Source: Bdellovibrionales bacterium (lineage in GTDB: Bacteria; Bdellovibrionota; Bdellovibrionia; Bdellovibrionales; CAYMLA01). From it: a stretch of 64,000 bases of DNA. The stretch is from NCBI GenBank assembly GCA_965217115.1, contig OZ244239.1, positions 800,001-864,000 on the forward strand, in the 5' to 3' direction. The notes below the pieces were generated by a model. It had not been told where the DNA came from, ran no database searches, and was given only the letters and a program-made list of their open reading frames with translations. Position numbers and translations under genes: made by a program. Below, one piece after another: positions 16,922 through 29,116 of the stretch (within the stretch, counting starts at the first letter, position 1; each line of letters opens with the position of its first letter).

Positions 16922-19336
16922 CTATTTTTTAATATTAAGATCACCCAATGCTGCAGCAAAAGGATTGTTAAAACCTTGCTTTTTTCTGGGTGGAGAGCTC
17001 GATGTTTTTTTATGTGGCCTCTGTTGTCTTTTTTCGTTTGGTCTTTTTGCGTTTGGTCTTGCATTTGCACTTGTTCTTTCATTTGCGCTTTTCTTTGCAA
17101 CGGTTTTCCGTGGAGGTCTCTTCTTAGAAGGAGCCGTATCTCTATTTAGTGTTTTATCCCCTCCAATCTTCATTGAGAGAGATATTTGTTTCTTGTCCTG
17201 ATCTATTTTTAAAACCTTCACCTTTACCTGATCGCCTGGGTTCACAATTTTCCGCGTATCGGTAACATAAGTATTCGCCATTTCTGACAAATGCACCAAA
17301 CCATCCTGATGAACGCCGATATCTACAAAAGCGCCAAAGTTAGTGACATTGGTGACAATTCCCGGGCAAATCATATCTTGTTTTAAATCCTTCACCCCAT
17401 AGATGTCCTCTCGAAACTGAAAAATCTTAAACGGATCACGAGGATCTCGTCCTGGTTTTTCCAACTCCTCCATAATATCAACAAAAGTGTACTCACCAAT
17501 AAGCTCCACCCATTTTGTTCTCTCATCGAGTAACTTCTTAGCGCCATCCCCCATCAAACCAGTCACGGGTATGCCCGTGTTTTTTGCCATTTCCCTCACA
17601 GCAGCATAACGTTCTGGGTGTATTCCCGTACGATCTAAAACATTCTCACTCTCTGTCACACGCAAAAAACCAGCACTTTGCTCAAAAACTTTATCACTCA
17701 AACGATCAACGCTTTTTAATCCTTCTCTCTCCTTAAACAAACCATTCTTAACTCGATGATCAACAATGTTTTTTGCCAACACGGGGCCTATTCCCGAAAC
17801 ATAGGAGAGAAGAGATGCCGAAGCCGTATTCACATCCACACCAACCACATTCACACAAGACTCAACCTCTGCCTGTAAACCTTTTTTCAAATGACTCTGA
17901 TTCACATCGTGCTGATACTGCCCCACACCAATGCTCTTAGGTTCAATTTTCACCAACTCCGCCAAAGGGTCCTGCAAACGACGGGCAATGGAAATTGCGC
18001 CGCGAACAGTTAAATCTAAATCAGGAAACTCTTCACGGGCCACATCCGAAGCTGAGTAAACACTGGCCCCAGACTCATTCACCAAAACAATAGGCACATT
18101 TACCTCTAACTCTTTGACAACTTTACGCAAAAAAGCCTCTGTCTCTCGACCCGCTGTTCCATTGCCCACGGCAATGGCATCTAAAGCAATTTGTTGACTC
18201 AAATTTTTCAATAACTTCTTAACACTCTCTTCCGCGTCCTTGCCTTGAATGTGTAACACCGTGTGGGAAATAAACTCTCCACCCTTATTCACCAAAGCCA
18301 CTTTACAGCCTGTTCGTAAACCAGGATCAACCCCTAAAATGCACTTCGCTCCAAAAGGTGATGCCAGTAAAAGTTTACGCACATTCTCAGTGAACACCCC
18401 AATCGCATGGTCATCGGCCGTCTCTTTTAAAATTCGATGGACTTCATTGGAAATAGACGGATACACATGGTTCGTAAAAGCCACCTGAGCGCATTTTTTT
18501 AAAAACTCAGCCGCTGGAGTGTTGGCCACCTCTAAAACAAACTTTTCAAATTTATTATGAATTTCCTCTTCTCTACCCTTAACTAAAACAGTCAGTTCAC
18601 TCTCCTGCCAACCACGCCTCATCGCCAAGTACCTATAGGACGCTTTGGCTTTAAGAAGATTTACCACAGTGTCTTCAAAATCTGCATACACCTCATACTT
18701 AGATTTCTCTTTAAATTTCTTACCCTTCTTCGAGAGAATTTTACCATTCTTGAAATAATCATCCCTCACAAACTGACGCAATTCAGGATCATTATAAATA
18801 CGCTCAACCAAAATATCCTGCGCTCCCTTAAGAGCTAGATCATATGTAACAATCGCTTTTTCACTGTTAAGAAATTCCTTCGCCTTAACTTCTAAATTAA
18901 CTCCACTTGATGAGTTCGAATCAGACGTTGCTCTGCCTAAAGCCCAAATCCACTGGGCCAAAGGCTCAAGACCAGCCTCTTTGGCCAAAGTCGCCTTTGT
19001 TTTTTTCTTTTTCTTAAACGGTCGATAAATCTCATCTAATTCCACTAAATCCATGGATTGAGACAATTGCTTTTTTAGAGATTCCGTTAACTCGCCCTGT
19101 TTTTCTATCTCTTCTAAGATAAAATTCTTACGCTTAACCACTTCATCATAATTATCACGGGCATCCAATACCGCACGAATTTGAACTTCATCTAGATTAC
19201 CTGTTTTTTCTTTACGATAACGGGCAATAAAAGGAACCGTCCCTCCCTCGCCAGCCAGAGTGATCACAGCCTGAGCCGATTTCCATGGTACATTTTTTGT
19301 TTTTTCTGCCAGATAATTTTCTAATGAAAAAGACAT
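16922..19336 (-). CDS. tex: Tex family RNA-binding transcriptional accessory protein
   Basis: TVPFIARYRKEKTG, GVDPGLRTGCK, ESGASVYSAS, SIGVGQYQHD, C-terminal S1 domain. Confidence 0.95.
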   Translation of the reverse strand: MSFSLENYLAEKTKNVPWKSAQAVITLAGEGGTVPFIARYRKEKTGNLDEVQIRAVLDARDNYDEVVKRKNFILEEIEKQGELTESLKKQLSQSMDLVELDEIYRPFKKKKKTKATLAKEAGLEPLAQWIWALGRATSDSNSSSGVNLEVKAKEFLNSEKAIVTYDLALKGAQDILVERIYNDPELRQFVRDDYFKNGKILSKKGKKFKEKSKYEVYADFEDTVVNLLKAKASYRYLAMRRGWQESELTVLVKGREEEIHNKFEKFVLEVANTPAAEFLKKCAQVAFTNHVYPSISNEVHRILKETADDHAIGVFTENVRKLLLASPFGAKCILGVDPGLRTGCKVALVNKGGEFISHTVLHIQGKDAEESVKKLLKNLSQQIALDAIAVGNGTAGRETEAFLRKVVKELEVNVPIVLVNESGASVYSASDVAREEFPDLDLTVRGAISIARRLQDPLAELVKIEPKSIGVGQYQHDVNQSHLKKGLQAEVESCVNVVGVDVNTASASLLSYVSGIGPVLAKNIVDHRVKNGLFKEREGLKSVDRLSDKVFEQSAGFLRVTESENVLDRTGIHPERYAAVREMAKNTGIPVTGLMGDGAKKLLDERTKWVELIGEYTFVDIMEELEKPGRDPRDPFKIFQFREDIYGVKDLKQDMICPGIVTNVTNFGAFVDIGVHQDGLVHLSEMANTYVTDTRKIVNPGDQVKVKVLKIDQDKKQISLSMKIGGDKTLNRDTAPSKKRPPRKTVAKKSANERTSANARPNAKRPNEKRQQRPHKKTSSSPPRKKQGFNNPFAAALGDLNIKK

Positions 19337-19346
19337 ACTTAAAAAC

Positions 19347-19565
19347 TCACTTGTGACGATACATAATTAAACCATGGGTTGGATCGTAGGGAGATACTCC
19401 TACAGTTACCTTATCGCCCACAACAACACGAATATTAAATCGTCTCATTTTTCCACAGAGCTTTGCCGAGACTTCCACCTCATTTTCCAACATGATTTTA
19501 TAAATACCACCAGCGCCCACGTCTGTTACTTTGCCTTCTAATTGAGCTAGATCGTCTTTTGCCAT
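19347..19565 (-). CDS. infA: translation initiation factor IF-1
   Basis: MAKDD...GKMRRFNIRVVVGDKVTV..SPYD. Confidence 0.96.
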   Translation of the reverse strand: MAKDDLAQLEGKVTDVGAGGIYKIMLENEVEVSAKLCGKMRRFNIRVVVGDKVTVGVSPYDPTHGLIMYRHK

Positions 19566-19615
19566 ATACTAACTGTTCTCCCTTTGTAAGCTCTCCATAG
19601 TAATTAAATTCAGCC

Positions 19616-20875
19616 CTAAACGGCAAATGTTTTTTTACCACTTTTATAGACAGAAGTAACAGGCATTTGACCCACACGATAAAAAAGTTCTGTCCAATCC
19701 CCCTCAAGAGCCACTAAATCAGCTTCTCTGCCAATTTCCACCGAGCCCAGCTGCCCCTCTAACCCCAGAGCATAGGCCCCATTAAGAGTGTAAGCTGCTA
19801 AAATTTCAGGCAAAGTCATCTTCATTTCCAAACGAGCTAAAACCCCAATGAGGGCCAAATCTTGTGTAGGGCTACTACCTGGGTTGTAATCAGTGGCCAG
19901 AGCCACCCTTGCACCTGTGTCAATTAACTCCCTCGCCCTGGGATAAGGGCAACCAATGTAAAAATCTGCTCCAGGCAAAAGAACGCAAGTCGTCTCACTT
20001 TCAGAAATCTTAACAATATCCTTATCTGACAACTCATTGACATGATCCACCGAGCGCGCACCATACTCTAAAGCCAATAAAGTCGCCCCCGTACGACTGA
20101 GCTGATCAGCATGCACAGTGGTGTCCCAGCCCATCTCTTTAGCTCTGTGCAAATACCGACGGGCCTGCTCTAAATCAAAATAACCCTGTTCAACAAAAAT
20201 ATCTCCCCGACAAGCCAAATTTCTCTTCTCAATAGCGGGAAATATCTTATCTAATAAATGATCCATATAGGACTCTGCCGTCTCAAATTCAGGGGGAACA
20301 CTGTGCGCGCCCAAAAAAGTCGGCACAATTCTAGCTTTTTTTAAAGCCCTCGCCACCTCTAACATCTTAATCTCACCAGACTTATTCAGAGCATAACCAC
20401 TTTTCACTTCGAGCGTCGTCACTCCCTGACGAACAAAATCATCCACTGCCCTCTGTGATTTTACAATAAGGTCATCCAGCGAAGCGCGACGGGTTTTCTT
20501 AACCGTAGAGAGAATCCCTCCACCCCTATTGGCAATTTCTTGATAACTCACACCACGATTGCGCATTTCAAATTCATCACTTCTATCGCCTGCAAACACC
20601 AAGTGAGTGTGACTCTCCACAAAAGCAGGCAACAAAGTTCGACCATCAAAGTTTTTCTCTTTGACGTTCTTTTCTTTTGCATAAGCCTTAGGTAAACGAC
20701 TCTGAGGACCAACCCACTCGATTTGTCCATCGCCAATGGCGATAGCTGCATTTTTTATACAAGACAAATCTTCCTCTTGCACATGACAACCTTTTTTCTC
20801 AGCCGCCCCTTTCATGGTCAAGAGATGGCCAATGCCATTCCAAATCTGTAACTGCCTCTTCTTTTTCACTGTCAT
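19616..20875 (-). CDS. hutI: imidazolonepropionase
   Basis: SHTHLVFAGDR, GVTTLEVKSGY, FLGAH, HADQL, ATDYNPGSSP; start moved to ATG 20875 to avoid overlap with gpmA. Confidence 0.93.
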   Translation of the reverse strand: MTVKKKRQLQIWNGIGHLLTMKGAAEKKGCHVQEEDLSCIKNAAIAIGDGQIEWVGPQSRLPKAYAKEKNVKEKNFDGRTLLPAFVESHTHLVFAGDRSDEFEMRNRGVSYQEIANRGGGILSTVKKTRRASLDDLIVKSQRAVDDFVRQGVTTLEVKSGYALNKSGEIKMLEVARALKKARIVPTFLGAHSVPPEFETAESYMDHLLDKIFPAIEKRNLACRGDIFVEQGYFDLEQARRYLHRAKEMGWDTTVHADQLSRTGATLLALEYGARSVDHVNELSDKDIVKISESETTCVLLPGADFYIGCPYPRARELIDTGARVALATDYNPGSSPTQDLALIGVLARLEMKMTLPEILAAYTLNGAYALGLEGQLGSVEIGREADLVALEGDWTELFYRVGQMPVTSVYKSGKKTFAV

Positions 20876-20882
20876 TATAATG

Positions 20883-21626
20883 CTATGCCTTTCCCTGATT
20901 GGCCACTTCACCCATGGCTTGAGAAATCTTTTCTTGATCACCCAAATAATAAGACCTCATCGGTTTTAGGTCTTTGTCTAATTCATAAACCAAGGGAATT
21001 CCCGTAGGCACGTTCACCCTCATAATTTCTTCCTCAGATTTATCATCGAGATACTGAATAAGGGCCCGCAAAGAATTTCCGTGGGCCACTACTAAAATGT
21101 TTTTACCCTCTTTAATATTTTTCTCGATGTTTTCGCTCCATAAAGGCAAGAATCTCTTTGCCGTGTCCGCCAATGCCTCACATCCAGGAGTCTCCTCCGC
21201 CGTCAACGATTGATAGCATTTATCATTGCAAGGGTGTCTTAAATCTTCCCTGGATAATTCAGGGGGAGGAGTCGAGTAGCTACGACGCCAGATATGCACC
21301 TGTTCATCCCCGTGTTTCTGTGCGGTTTCTGCCTTATTTAACCCCTGCAAACCTCCGTAATGCCGCTCGTTGAGTCGCCAACTACGATGAACCGGAATCC
21401 ACATAAGGTCCATTTTCTCTAAAACATACCAGAGCGTTCGAATAGCTCTTTTTAAAACTGAAGTATAGGCCATATCAAAATCAAAGCCGCTCTCTTGGAG
21501 GAGTTCCCCTGCATTTTGTGCCTCAACCTCTCCCTGTTTAGAGAGCGGAACATCCTTCCAACCTGTGAATCGATTTTCTTTGTTCCAAGTGCTCTGACCA
21601 TGTCTAAGTAAAACTAATTTATACAT
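20883..21626 (-). CDS. gpmA: 2,3-bisphosphoglycerate-dependent phosphoglycerate mutase
   Basis: [32 protein letters not shown]; start at MYKLVL. Confidence 0.96.
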   Translation of the reverse strand: MYKLVLLRHGQSTWNKENRFTGWKDVPLSKQGEVEAQNAGELLQESGFDFDMAYTSVLKRAIRTLWYVLEKMDLMWIPVHRSWRLNERHYGGLQGLNKAETAQKHGDEQVHIWRRSYSTPPPELSREDLRHPCNDKCYQSLTAEETPGCEALADTAKRFLPLWSENIEKNIKEGKNILVVAHGNSLRALIQYLDDKSEEEIMRVNVPTGIPLVYELDKDLKPMRSYYLGDQEKISQAMGEVANQGKA

Positions 21627-21819
21627 AATACTCACCTGTTTAATGACAACGAAGTTCCACGGACACACATACCGCGATCAGTTGAGAAATGACACGAATA
21701 ACAAAATGTGGCATGTCGCATTAATTAATAATAAACCTGTAAAATCCTTCATGTTTCCCCTATTGCCAAATAGAATGTACTCATTAAAACACACAGTGCT
21801 TCAAGAACAGGAGAAGATT

Positions 21820-24549
21820 TTGGACCCGCTCACACACATTCAACGGAATAATCTCAATTATATCGAAGATCTTTATCAGCAGTACAAAACTTCCCCCGAA
21901 TCTATAGAGCGTGACTGGAGAATTTTTTTTGAAGGCTTTGATTTTTCCAAACCCGTAGATAATCACTCACAGGAAAAAGTATCAGGAAAAGAAGTCAATG
22001 TTTACAACCTTATTCAAGATTACCGCAATCACGGACACTTTGAAGCCAATCTCGATCCTTTAAAGTTACAAAAAAAAACCTCGGGCCACTTATCGTTAAA
22101 AAAACATGGCCTCTCGAATGAAGATCTTGAATCGAAATTTCAAATTGGCTCGATTTTAGGAACCAATAAAAAACTCCAACTCAAAGAAATTATAAATCTT
22201 CTAAAAACAAATTATTGTGGGACTCTATCAGTTCAATGTGCTGAAGCTCTCCCTGATATTCGCAATTGGTTTAATGCTGAATTTGAAGAGGGTCGAATTG
22301 TTTTTTCTAAAGAAGAGAAAAAAAATATCTTTCTACAAATCAATCGCACCGAATCTCTAGAAAAATTTATTCACACACGTTATGTAGGTATGAAACGTTT
22401 TTCCATCGAAGGAAGTGATGCTCTTATTCCCATGCTTGAATGGCTTGTCCCAAAATCAACGTCTCTAGGAAACGAAGAGATCGTCATCGGTATGGCCCAT
22501 CGTGGCCGCATTAACGTTCTTGCTAATTTTATGGAAAAAGGTCTAAATCTTATACTGGCCGATTTTGATGGGATTAGTAACTCCAAGGAAGAAATTGCAG
22601 GTTATGATGGAGATGTTAAATATCATCTAGGATATTCTACTAACAAAAATACATTGAATGGACCCTGTCATATCTCCCTCGCTTTTAACCCTAGCCACCT
22701 GGAGTGTGTCAATCCCGTGGTTTGTGGTATGACCCGTGCCAAACAACGCACACGCAAAGATGCACAAGACAGAAAAAAAGTCATCCCCCTTCTTATTCAT
22801 GGAGATGCCGCCTTCGCAGGACAAGGGGTTGTTGCCGAAACATTCCAAATGTCACAACTCAAAGGATACACCGTTGGCGGAACCATTCATATTATCATCG
22901 ACAACCAAGTGGGATTCACCGCCACACCTGATAACACTCGAAGTTCTGCCTATGCTTCAGATATTTCTAAAATTCTTCACACCCCCGTTCTTCACGTTAA
23001 TGGAGATGATGCTGAGGCCTGTGTGAAAGCCATGGATATTGCCGTGCGTTTTAGACAAGAATTTAAAAAAGACATCGTCATCAACCTTGTCTGTTACAGA
23101 CGCTTTGGTCACAACGAAGGGGATGAACCCTCATTTACTTCTCCACTAATGTATCAAGTGATCAAAAAACATCCCACCCTGCGTGAAATTTATGGAAAAC
23201 TTTTAATTAGCGAAAATATTATCGATCAAGAACACTATGAATCTTTATTCAATAAAGACATCGATGATTTGCAAAGGATTCTTGAGAATATTCGTAAAAA
23301 CCCTCCAGTTACTTCCCCTTTGGCCTTTGACGGTCTATGGAAAAACCTACGTCGCAGCCAAGCAAAAGACTTTACAACGGTCACTGATACGACTTGCGAT
23401 ATAAAAACCCTAGAGGCTGTAGGAAAAGTTCTCAGCGAGATTCCTCCCGATTTCACACCTCTCCCAAAACTAAAAAAAATCGTCGCACAGAGAAGAAAAA
23501 TGATGGACAGTGGTGTCGTCGATTGGGGTCTAGCTGAACTTCTTTGTTATGGCTCTCTCATTAAAGAAGGTGTTTCGGTAAGACTCTCTGGACAAGATTC
23601 TATACGTGGAACCTTTTCCCATCGTCACAGTGGTTATTACGACACTAAAACAGGAGAGCTACACGTTCCTCTCAAAACCCTTTCTGAAAATAGTGAATTC
23701 TGTGTTTACGACAGCTATCTCTCTGAAATGGCTGTTCTCGGTTTTGAATATGGAAACTCCATTTCAGACCCTGGATTTTTACATATATGGGAAGCGCAAT
23801 TTGGAGACTTTGCCAATGGTGCGCAAATTATTATTGATCAGTTTATCTCCAGTGGTGAAGCTAAATGGCAACGAATGACAGGATTAGTTCTTCTTCTCCC
23901 CCACGGTTATGAGGGCCAGGGCCCCGAACACTCAAGTGCTCGTTTGGAGCGTTTTTTACAGCTCTTTGCCCAAGACAATATGCAAGTTTGCAACCTCACA
24001 ACACCTGCTCAGATTTTTCATGTTCTCAGACGGCAGGTAAAAAGAGATTTCCGTAAACCTCTGATTATTATGTCACCTAAATCTCTATTGAGACATCCCC
24101 GCGTGATTTCTCCCCTTTCAGGCTTGGCAGAGGGACGTTTTTTTGAAGTTCTCGGCGATGAAAATATCAAGGGAAATCAAGTGGAAACCGTTGTTCTTTG
24201 CTCTGGAAAAATTTATTATGAACTGCTTGAGGAGCAAGAGACACGCAAAACCTCTAAAACAGCGATTATGCGATTAGAACAAATATCTCCTTTTCCTAAA
24301 AAACAACTTATGGAAGAATTAACAAAATTTAAAAACTTAAAGCGAATTATCTGGGCTCAGGAGGAACCTAAAAACATGGGAGCTTATTTCTTTATTGATC
24401 CACATATAAAAGGCATGATGGATGAATTTGAGATCAAAAAGGTCGATTTTGTTTATCGAGGTCGACTGGACCGAGCTAGCCCTGCCACGGGCTCCCCAAA
24501 AGTGCATCGAACAGAACAGTGTGAAATTGTCAAAGCTTGTTTCCAATGA
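21820..24549 (+). CDS. sucA: 2-oxoglutarate dehydrogenase E1
   Basis: [45 protein letters not shown] start at 21820 inferred from AGGAG RBS. Confidence 0.95.
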   Translation: MDPLTHIQRNNLNYIEDLYQQYKTSPESIERDWRIFFEGFDFSKPVDNHSQEKVSGKEVNVYNLIQDYRNHGHFEANLDPLKLQKKTSGHLSLKKHGLSNEDLESKFQIGSILGTNKKLQLKEIINLLKTNYCGTLSVQCAEALPDIRNWFNAEFEEGRIVFSKEEKKNIFLQINRTESLEKFIHTRYVGMKRFSIEGSDALIPMLEWLVPKSTSLGNEEIVIGMAHRGRINVLANFMEKGLNLILADFDGISNSKEEIAGYDGDVKYHLGYSTNKNTLNGPCHISLAFNPSHLECVNPVVCGMTRAKQRTRKDAQDRKKVIPLLIHGDAAFAGQGVVAETFQMSQLKGYTVGGTIHIIIDNQVGFTATPDNTRSSAYASDISKILHTPVLHVNGDDAEACVKAMDIAVRFRQEFKKDIVINLVCYRRFGHNEGDEPSFTSPLMYQVIKKHPTLREIYGKLLISENIIDQEHYESLFNKDIDDLQRILENIRKNPPVTSPLAFDGLWKNLRRSQAKDFTTVTDTTCDIKTLEAVGKVLSEIPPDFTPLPKLKKIVAQRRKMMDSGVVDWGLAELLCYGSLIKEGVSVRLSGQDSIRGTFSHRHSGYYDTKTGELHVPLKTLSENSEFCVYDSYLSEMAVLGFEYGNSISDPGFLHIWEAQFGDFANGAQIIIDQFISSGEAKWQRMTGLVLLLPHGYEGQGPEHSSARLERFLQLFAQDNMQVCNLTTPAQIFHVLRRQVKRDFRKPLIIMSPKSLLRHPRVISPLSGLAEGRFFEVLGDENIKGNQVETVVLCSGKIYYELLEEQETRKTSKTAIMRLEQISPFPKKQLMEELTKFKNLKRIIWAQEEPKNMGAYFFIDPHIKGMMDEFEIKKVDFVYRGRLDRASPATGSPKVHRTEQCEIVKACFQ

Positions 24550-24592
24550 TAGTCTTTATAGGAACAACATAACTTATATAAAGGGTTTGAAC

Positions 24593-25798
24593 GTGAAAAT
24601 TGAAGTTAATGTCCCAGCAGTTGGAGAGTCTATTAATGAAGCAACCATTGGTGAATGGCTAAAACAAGATGGTGCTTACGTCGAACAAAACGAAGTTATC
24701 GTCTCACTCGAAACCGATAAAGCCACCGTGGAAATTATTGCTGAACAATCAGGTGTTATGACAGCCAAGGTGGCTGAAGGTGATGATGTCCTCATCGGAG
24801 CGCTTATTGCTGAAATTGACACCTCAGCGAAGAAACCAGCTAATGTAGAAATAGAGAAGGCCACCTCAGCAAAAAGTGCCAGTTCAAACGACTCTTCAGC
24901 CCATCCCGAATTGCAGAAACACTTAAGTCCATCGGTTTCACAAGTTGTTGCACAAAAAGGACTCGATCCGAGGGCCATTCAAGGCTCAGGACGCGGTGGA
25001 CGCATCACTAAAGGTGACGCTTTAAATACTTCAAAAAACAATACGACGGAAACATCTGCCAGTGCACCCGACTTACCAGTGGCCTCTCTCTCTAAACAAG
25101 GACAATCCGAAAGAGTGAAAATGACTCGCATTCGCCAAAAAATAGCTGAACGCCTTGTCGAAGCCCAACACACAGCCGCCATTCTCACCACCTTTAACGA
25201 AGTGGACATGTCTGCTTTAATTAAGCTACGTTCAGAATACAAAGAAGATTTTGAAAAGAAACACGGTGTTCGCCTAGGGTTTATGGGCTTTTTTATTAAA
25301 GCAGCGATCGAGGCTCTCAAAGCCTACCCTACTGTGAATGCACAAATTGATGGCACTGACATTATTTATAATCATTTCTACAATGTCGGTGTTGCAGTTG
25401 GCACTCCCAAAGGACTTGTTGTTCCTGTTGTTAAAGATGCCGACCAGATGTCCATCGCAGAAATAGAATCAGCCATCCGGCACTATGCTCTTAAAGCAAG
25501 GGATGGGAAAATCTCTATTGATGACCTTTCAGAAGGGACTTTCACCGTTTCCAACGGAGGAGTTTACGGGTCGATGATGTCGACACCAATTTTAAACCCT
25601 CCACAGAGCGGTATTTTAGGAATGCATAAAACCCAGGAACGTCCTGTCGCTGTAAACGGTCAAATAGAAATACGCCCTATGATGTACTTGGCTTTATCCT
25701 ACGACCATAGAATTATTGACGGCAAAGAGTCTGTGAGTTTTCTCGTGCGCTTAAAAGAATGTTTAGAAGACCCTAGTCGTATTCTACTGAATATTTAG
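24593..25798 (+). CDS. sucB: dihydrolipoamide succinyltransferase E2
   Basis: Lipoyl motif [29 protein letters not shown] start inferred. Confidence 0.95.
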   Translation: MKIEVNVPAVGESINEATIGEWLKQDGAYVEQNEVIVSLETDKATVEIIAEQSGVMTAKVAEGDDVLIGALIAEIDTSAKKPANVEIEKATSAKSASSNDSSAHPELQKHLSPSVSQVVAQKGLDPRAIQGSGRGGRITKGDALNTSKNNTTETSASAPDLPVASLSKQGQSERVKMTRIRQKIAERLVEAQHTAAILTTFNEVDMSALIKLRSEYKEDFEKKHGVRLGFMGFFIKAAIEALKAYPTVNAQIDGTDIIYNHFYNVGVAVGTPKGLVVPVVKDADQMSIAEIESAIRHYALKARDGKISIDDLSEGTFTVSNGGVYGSMMSTPILNPPQSGILGMHKTQERPVAVNGQIEIRPMMYLALSYDHRIIDGKESVSFLVRLKECLEDPSRILLNI

Positions 25799-25897
25799 AG
25801 AATATGACACATCGTTATTCAACGTGTTTTACAAGGAATAGCGACAATGGTACATGGTTTATAAGAGAGATTAAACTATTTTTAAGAGGATATTATT

Positions 25898-27304
25898 TTG
25901 AATAAAAATTTCGACCTCATTGTTGTTGGTGCTGGACCTGCTGGTTATACGGGAGCCATCCGCGCTGCCCAGCTAGGTATGACAGTCGCTATTATAGAAA
26001 AAGAGAGGACTCTCGGTGGAACTTGTCTTAACGTAGGCTGTATTCCATCAAAAGCTCTGCTTGATTCCAGTGAACTTTTCTCGCAAGCACAGCATGACTT
26101 TTCCGAACATGGTATCGAAACCAAGGGCATTAAACTCAATCTCCCCTCGATGATGAAGCGCAAAGAAAAAGTTGTTCACGAACTCACTCAAGGTATTGAG
26201 TTTCTTATGAAAAAAAATAAAATCACTGTTTTTAAAGGCGTTGGGACTCTAACAAGTGCCAATGCAGTTCAAGTACAGGACATCGATAAACAGACAACCA
26301 CTTTAAATGGTAAAAATATTTTACTCGCCACAGGCAGTCTCCCTGTAGAACTTCCGTTTATGAAGTTTGATAGGGAAAATATTATCTCATCCACTGAAGC
26401 CTTGTCTCTTAATAGCGTCCCAGAACATCTCATCGTTGTCGGAGGAGGAGTTATTGGTTTAGAGCTAGGCTCTGTCTGGTTACGTCTTGGAGCTAAAGTC
26501 ACTATTCTTGAATTCGCTGATAATATATGTGCTGGAATGGATCAAGGCATTGCCAAGAAAATGAAATCTATTCTGTCTAAACAGGGTATGGAGTTTCTGC
26601 TAAAAACAAAAGTCACTGGAGCCGCAGTAAAAAACAATCGGGTTTCTGTCAAATTTGAATCTCTCAAGTCTGGGGAGACAGGCTCCATAAAGGGAAGCCA
26701 AGTCTTGGTTGCTGTTGGACGGAGGGCCTACAGCCAAGAGTTGGGCTTGGATAACATTGGGGTTCAAGTTAACAAGCAAGGGAAGATCATCACAGATCAT
26801 CAATGGCAAACTTCTGTTCCTAATATATACGCTGTCGGCGATGTCATTGACGGTCCCATGCTAGCCCATAAAGCCGAAGAAGAAGCCGTCGCAGTTGCAG
26901 AGAATCTCAGTGGCCAACATGGACATGTCAATTATGAAACAGTTCCCGGGGTTATTTACACCTGGCCAGAAGTGGCTAGCGTGGGAGCAACAGAGGAGCA
27001 ATTAAAAGAAAATAACACTGCCTATAACTCTGGAAGTTTTCCCTTTTCAGCCAACGGCCGGGCTAAAGCACATGGCTTTACAGAAGGATTGGTGAAAATA
27101 CTCGCCGACAAGACAACCGATCGCATTTTAGGAGTGCATATCATCGGTCCCAGAGCGTCCGATATTATTTCTGAAGCTGTTATTGCAATGGAGTTTGGTG
27201 GAAGCAGTGAAGATCTAGCTAGATCCTTCCACGCCCACCCCACATTTTCAGAGGCTATTCGAGAAGCCGCCTTAGCTGTAGACAAGAGAGTCCGCCAATC
27301 ATAA
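25898..27304 (+). CDS. lpdA: dihydrolipoamide dehydrogenase
   Basis: GAGPAGY, GGTCLNVGCIPSK, MLAHKA, HAHPTFSE. Confidence 0.96.
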   Translation: MNKNFDLIVVGAGPAGYTGAIRAAQLGMTVAIIEKERTLGGTCLNVGCIPSKALLDSSELFSQAQHDFSEHGIETKGIKLNLPSMMKRKEKVVHELTQGIEFLMKKNKITVFKGVGTLTSANAVQVQDIDKQTTTLNGKNILLATGSLPVELPFMKFDRENIISSTEALSLNSVPEHLIVVGGGVIGLELGSVWLRLGAKVTILEFADNICAGMDQGIAKKMKSILSKQGMEFLLKTKVTGAAVKNNRVSVKFESLKSGETGSIKGSQVLVAVGRRAYSQELGLDNIGVQVNKQGKIITDHQWQTSVPNIYAVGDVIDGPMLAHKAEEEAVAVAENLSGQHGHVNYETVPGVIYTWPEVASVGATEEQLKENNTAYNSGSFPFSANGRAKAHGFTEGLVKILADKTTDRILGVHIIGPRASDIISEAVIAMEFGGSSEDLARSFHAHPTFSEAIREAALAVDKRVRQS

Positions 27305-27316
27305 TAAATAGATTAA

Positions 27317-27595
27317 TTATAATTCAAACTGAAGAGCTAAGCGCAGTTCTTTTTCTCTCTCAGTCATCAAGAGATTGAAGACTTCTTTTTTATCCAAAGA
27401 GAGTAAATCAATAATCTTCAACAACATGACCATTGGAGGAGCGGCCAAGCCCCTTTCCCAGTTAGACACAAATTGAGGAGAGCTATAACCTAAAGACTTA
27501 GCCACCTTTCCCTGGGACAAGCCCACTGTTAAACGTTTTTCTTTTAAGAATTGACCAAACTTAACATGTATTGGATTTCTGTCTTGTCTCTTCAT
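27317..27595 (-). CDS. XRE-family HTH regulator
   Basis: LSQGKVAKSLGYSSPQFVSNWERG. Confidence 0.85.
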   Translation of the reverse strand: MKRQDRNPIHVKFGQFLKEKRLTVGLSQGKVAKSLGYSSPQFVSNWERGLAAPPMVMLLKIIDLLSLDKKEVFNLLMTEREKELRLALQFEL

Positions 27596-27960
27596 CTTTA
27601 AACAACCTCTTCAATTAATAATTGTTCTAGTTTACCCCATTAGAATGTCGAAGATACCAAACCTTCAATAAAAAAACCATGACTTTGTGACAATTAATTT
27701 AATTTACAAATAAAATATGTTCTCGAAATTACGACACCACCTAAAAGCTGTCCTTAAGATTGCTCACTGAACTATTAGCTTAGCTAGCTAAAGATGACTC
27801 TAGGGATTGCTTGCTATTCTAATCTGTAAAAATTACATCTTCCTGTAAAGATTACTCGGTAATTAAGAATGTACTTTATAAAAAGTTCTTATGAAGTTAT
27901 AAAGGGCATCAATGGAATTAAACGATTAATTAACTTTAATAACCAAAAAAGGAGACGATT

Positions 27961-28515
27961 ATGTCTAAAGGAAAAACAATTGCCGTATTAGCGGCGACAA
28001 TGATTGCAAGCACAACATGGGCCGGTTGGTTCGCATATAGTATCGACACAGGAGTTAATAGCCTAGGTGGTTCTTCTGAATCAACTCTTAATTTTCTTCA
28101 AGCGGTACCAGGGGTTAATGTTGTCGTTTCTGACGACGTTTGGGCTCTTTCTGAAGGTTCTTCACAGTCTGTAATTGGATGTTTTCAAAATGAGAAAAAA
28201 TTCTGTGCAAAAGTTGTAGCCACTGTAGATGGTGTTGTAGTAGTCATCTCTGGTCCTATTGAAGCGACTTTAAAATTCGCTGGAAGGAATGCTAAGGCTC
28301 TTGCAGAAAAACTTGCTGGCGCAACCACATTTGTTGTTAAAGCTACAGGTGATATCGTTTTTACAACTATTGCCGCTGGTGGTAATGTTATTCAATACAC
28401 TGTAAAGGGTAAAATTGACGATGCTGTAGATGCAGTTCTTAGCTACCCTCAAGATGTTTTTGAGGCTGGTACTCAATCTGGTATGCACTACGAAAGTTTA
28501 ATAACGGATTGGTAG
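27961..28515 (+). CDS. secreted hypothetical protein
   Basis: AGGAG RBS, signal peptide, own terminator. Confidence 0.8.
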   Translation: MSKGKTIAVLAATMIASTTWAGWFAYSIDTGVNSLGGSSESTLNFLQAVPGVNVVVSDDVWALSEGSSQSVIGCFQNEKKFCAKVVATVDGVVVVISGPIEATLKFAGRNAKALAEKLAGATTFVVKATGDIVFTTIAAGGNVIQYTVKGKIDDAVDAVLSYPQDVFEAGTQSGMHYESLITDW

Positions 28516-28534
28516 AATAAAACCTTAAAAATTT

Positions 28535-28572
28535 AAAATGGGAGCCCATGAAAATGGCTCCCATTTTTTTTA
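28535..28572 (+). terminator. intrinsic terminator
   Basis: AAAATGGGAGCC-catgaaaat-GGCTCCCATTTT followed by T-tract. Confidence 0.85.
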
Positions 28573-28693
28573 TTCTCTCTTCAGACCTCTATCATCCCCT
28601 TAAGAAATCAATTTTTATTTTTCCCGTGATTTTTAGTTTTTTCTTCCAGTACTGCTCCCATTCATTGGTTGAGGTCATTCTCTTGATCATAAT

Positions 28694-28934
28694 GAGTCTT
28701 TATGACAAACAATAGTGGAGCTGGTTTTTTTCTAGAGTCTCTCCCAAAAGAATCCAGCCCTTTTCTTGCTCAAACATCTGTTTGTCACCTTCCATTGCAA
28801 GGAAATGCAATGGAAGTCGCCAAGCCAAACTCGCCGAAAAGAACTGGATTCTTTTGAGAGAGACTCTAGAAAAAAAGGTCGTATTCAATCAATGGGTCTC
28901 TTGGGAATAGTTCCACTATTTATCACAAAGAACC
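28694..28934 (+). mobile_element. MITE-like element copy 3 (241 bp, internally shortened)
   Basis: Same ends and 138-bp core; lacks the middle hairpin modules; no target duplication visible. Confidence 0.85.
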
Positions 28935-29116
28935 TTTTAAAAACTCTAAACTGACAATCTACGCAGGGGGGTAGACACCTCAAAAACTCTCAGGCATCGA
29001 TAAATTGATGTCTGAGCTGTTTTTTCGATGGCATAGAATATGTACTCTAGAACCTTAGAAATTAACGGTATCAGTCAGATTTAGGAGAATCGGTCTCCCA
29101 AGGAAATAGAACGATA
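28935..29116 (+). repeat. ~180-bp leader repeat A (matches 45369-45550)
   Basis: About 8-9 differences over ~180 bp by manual alignment; contains hairpins and TGGCATAGAATATGT. Confidence 0.9.

Noticed and set aside
21643..21819. Long N-terminal extensions of sucA (likewise hutI, gpmA, sucB, murJ, valS, ABC genes)
   Set aside because: They overlap neighbouring genes or precede better RBS-linked starts
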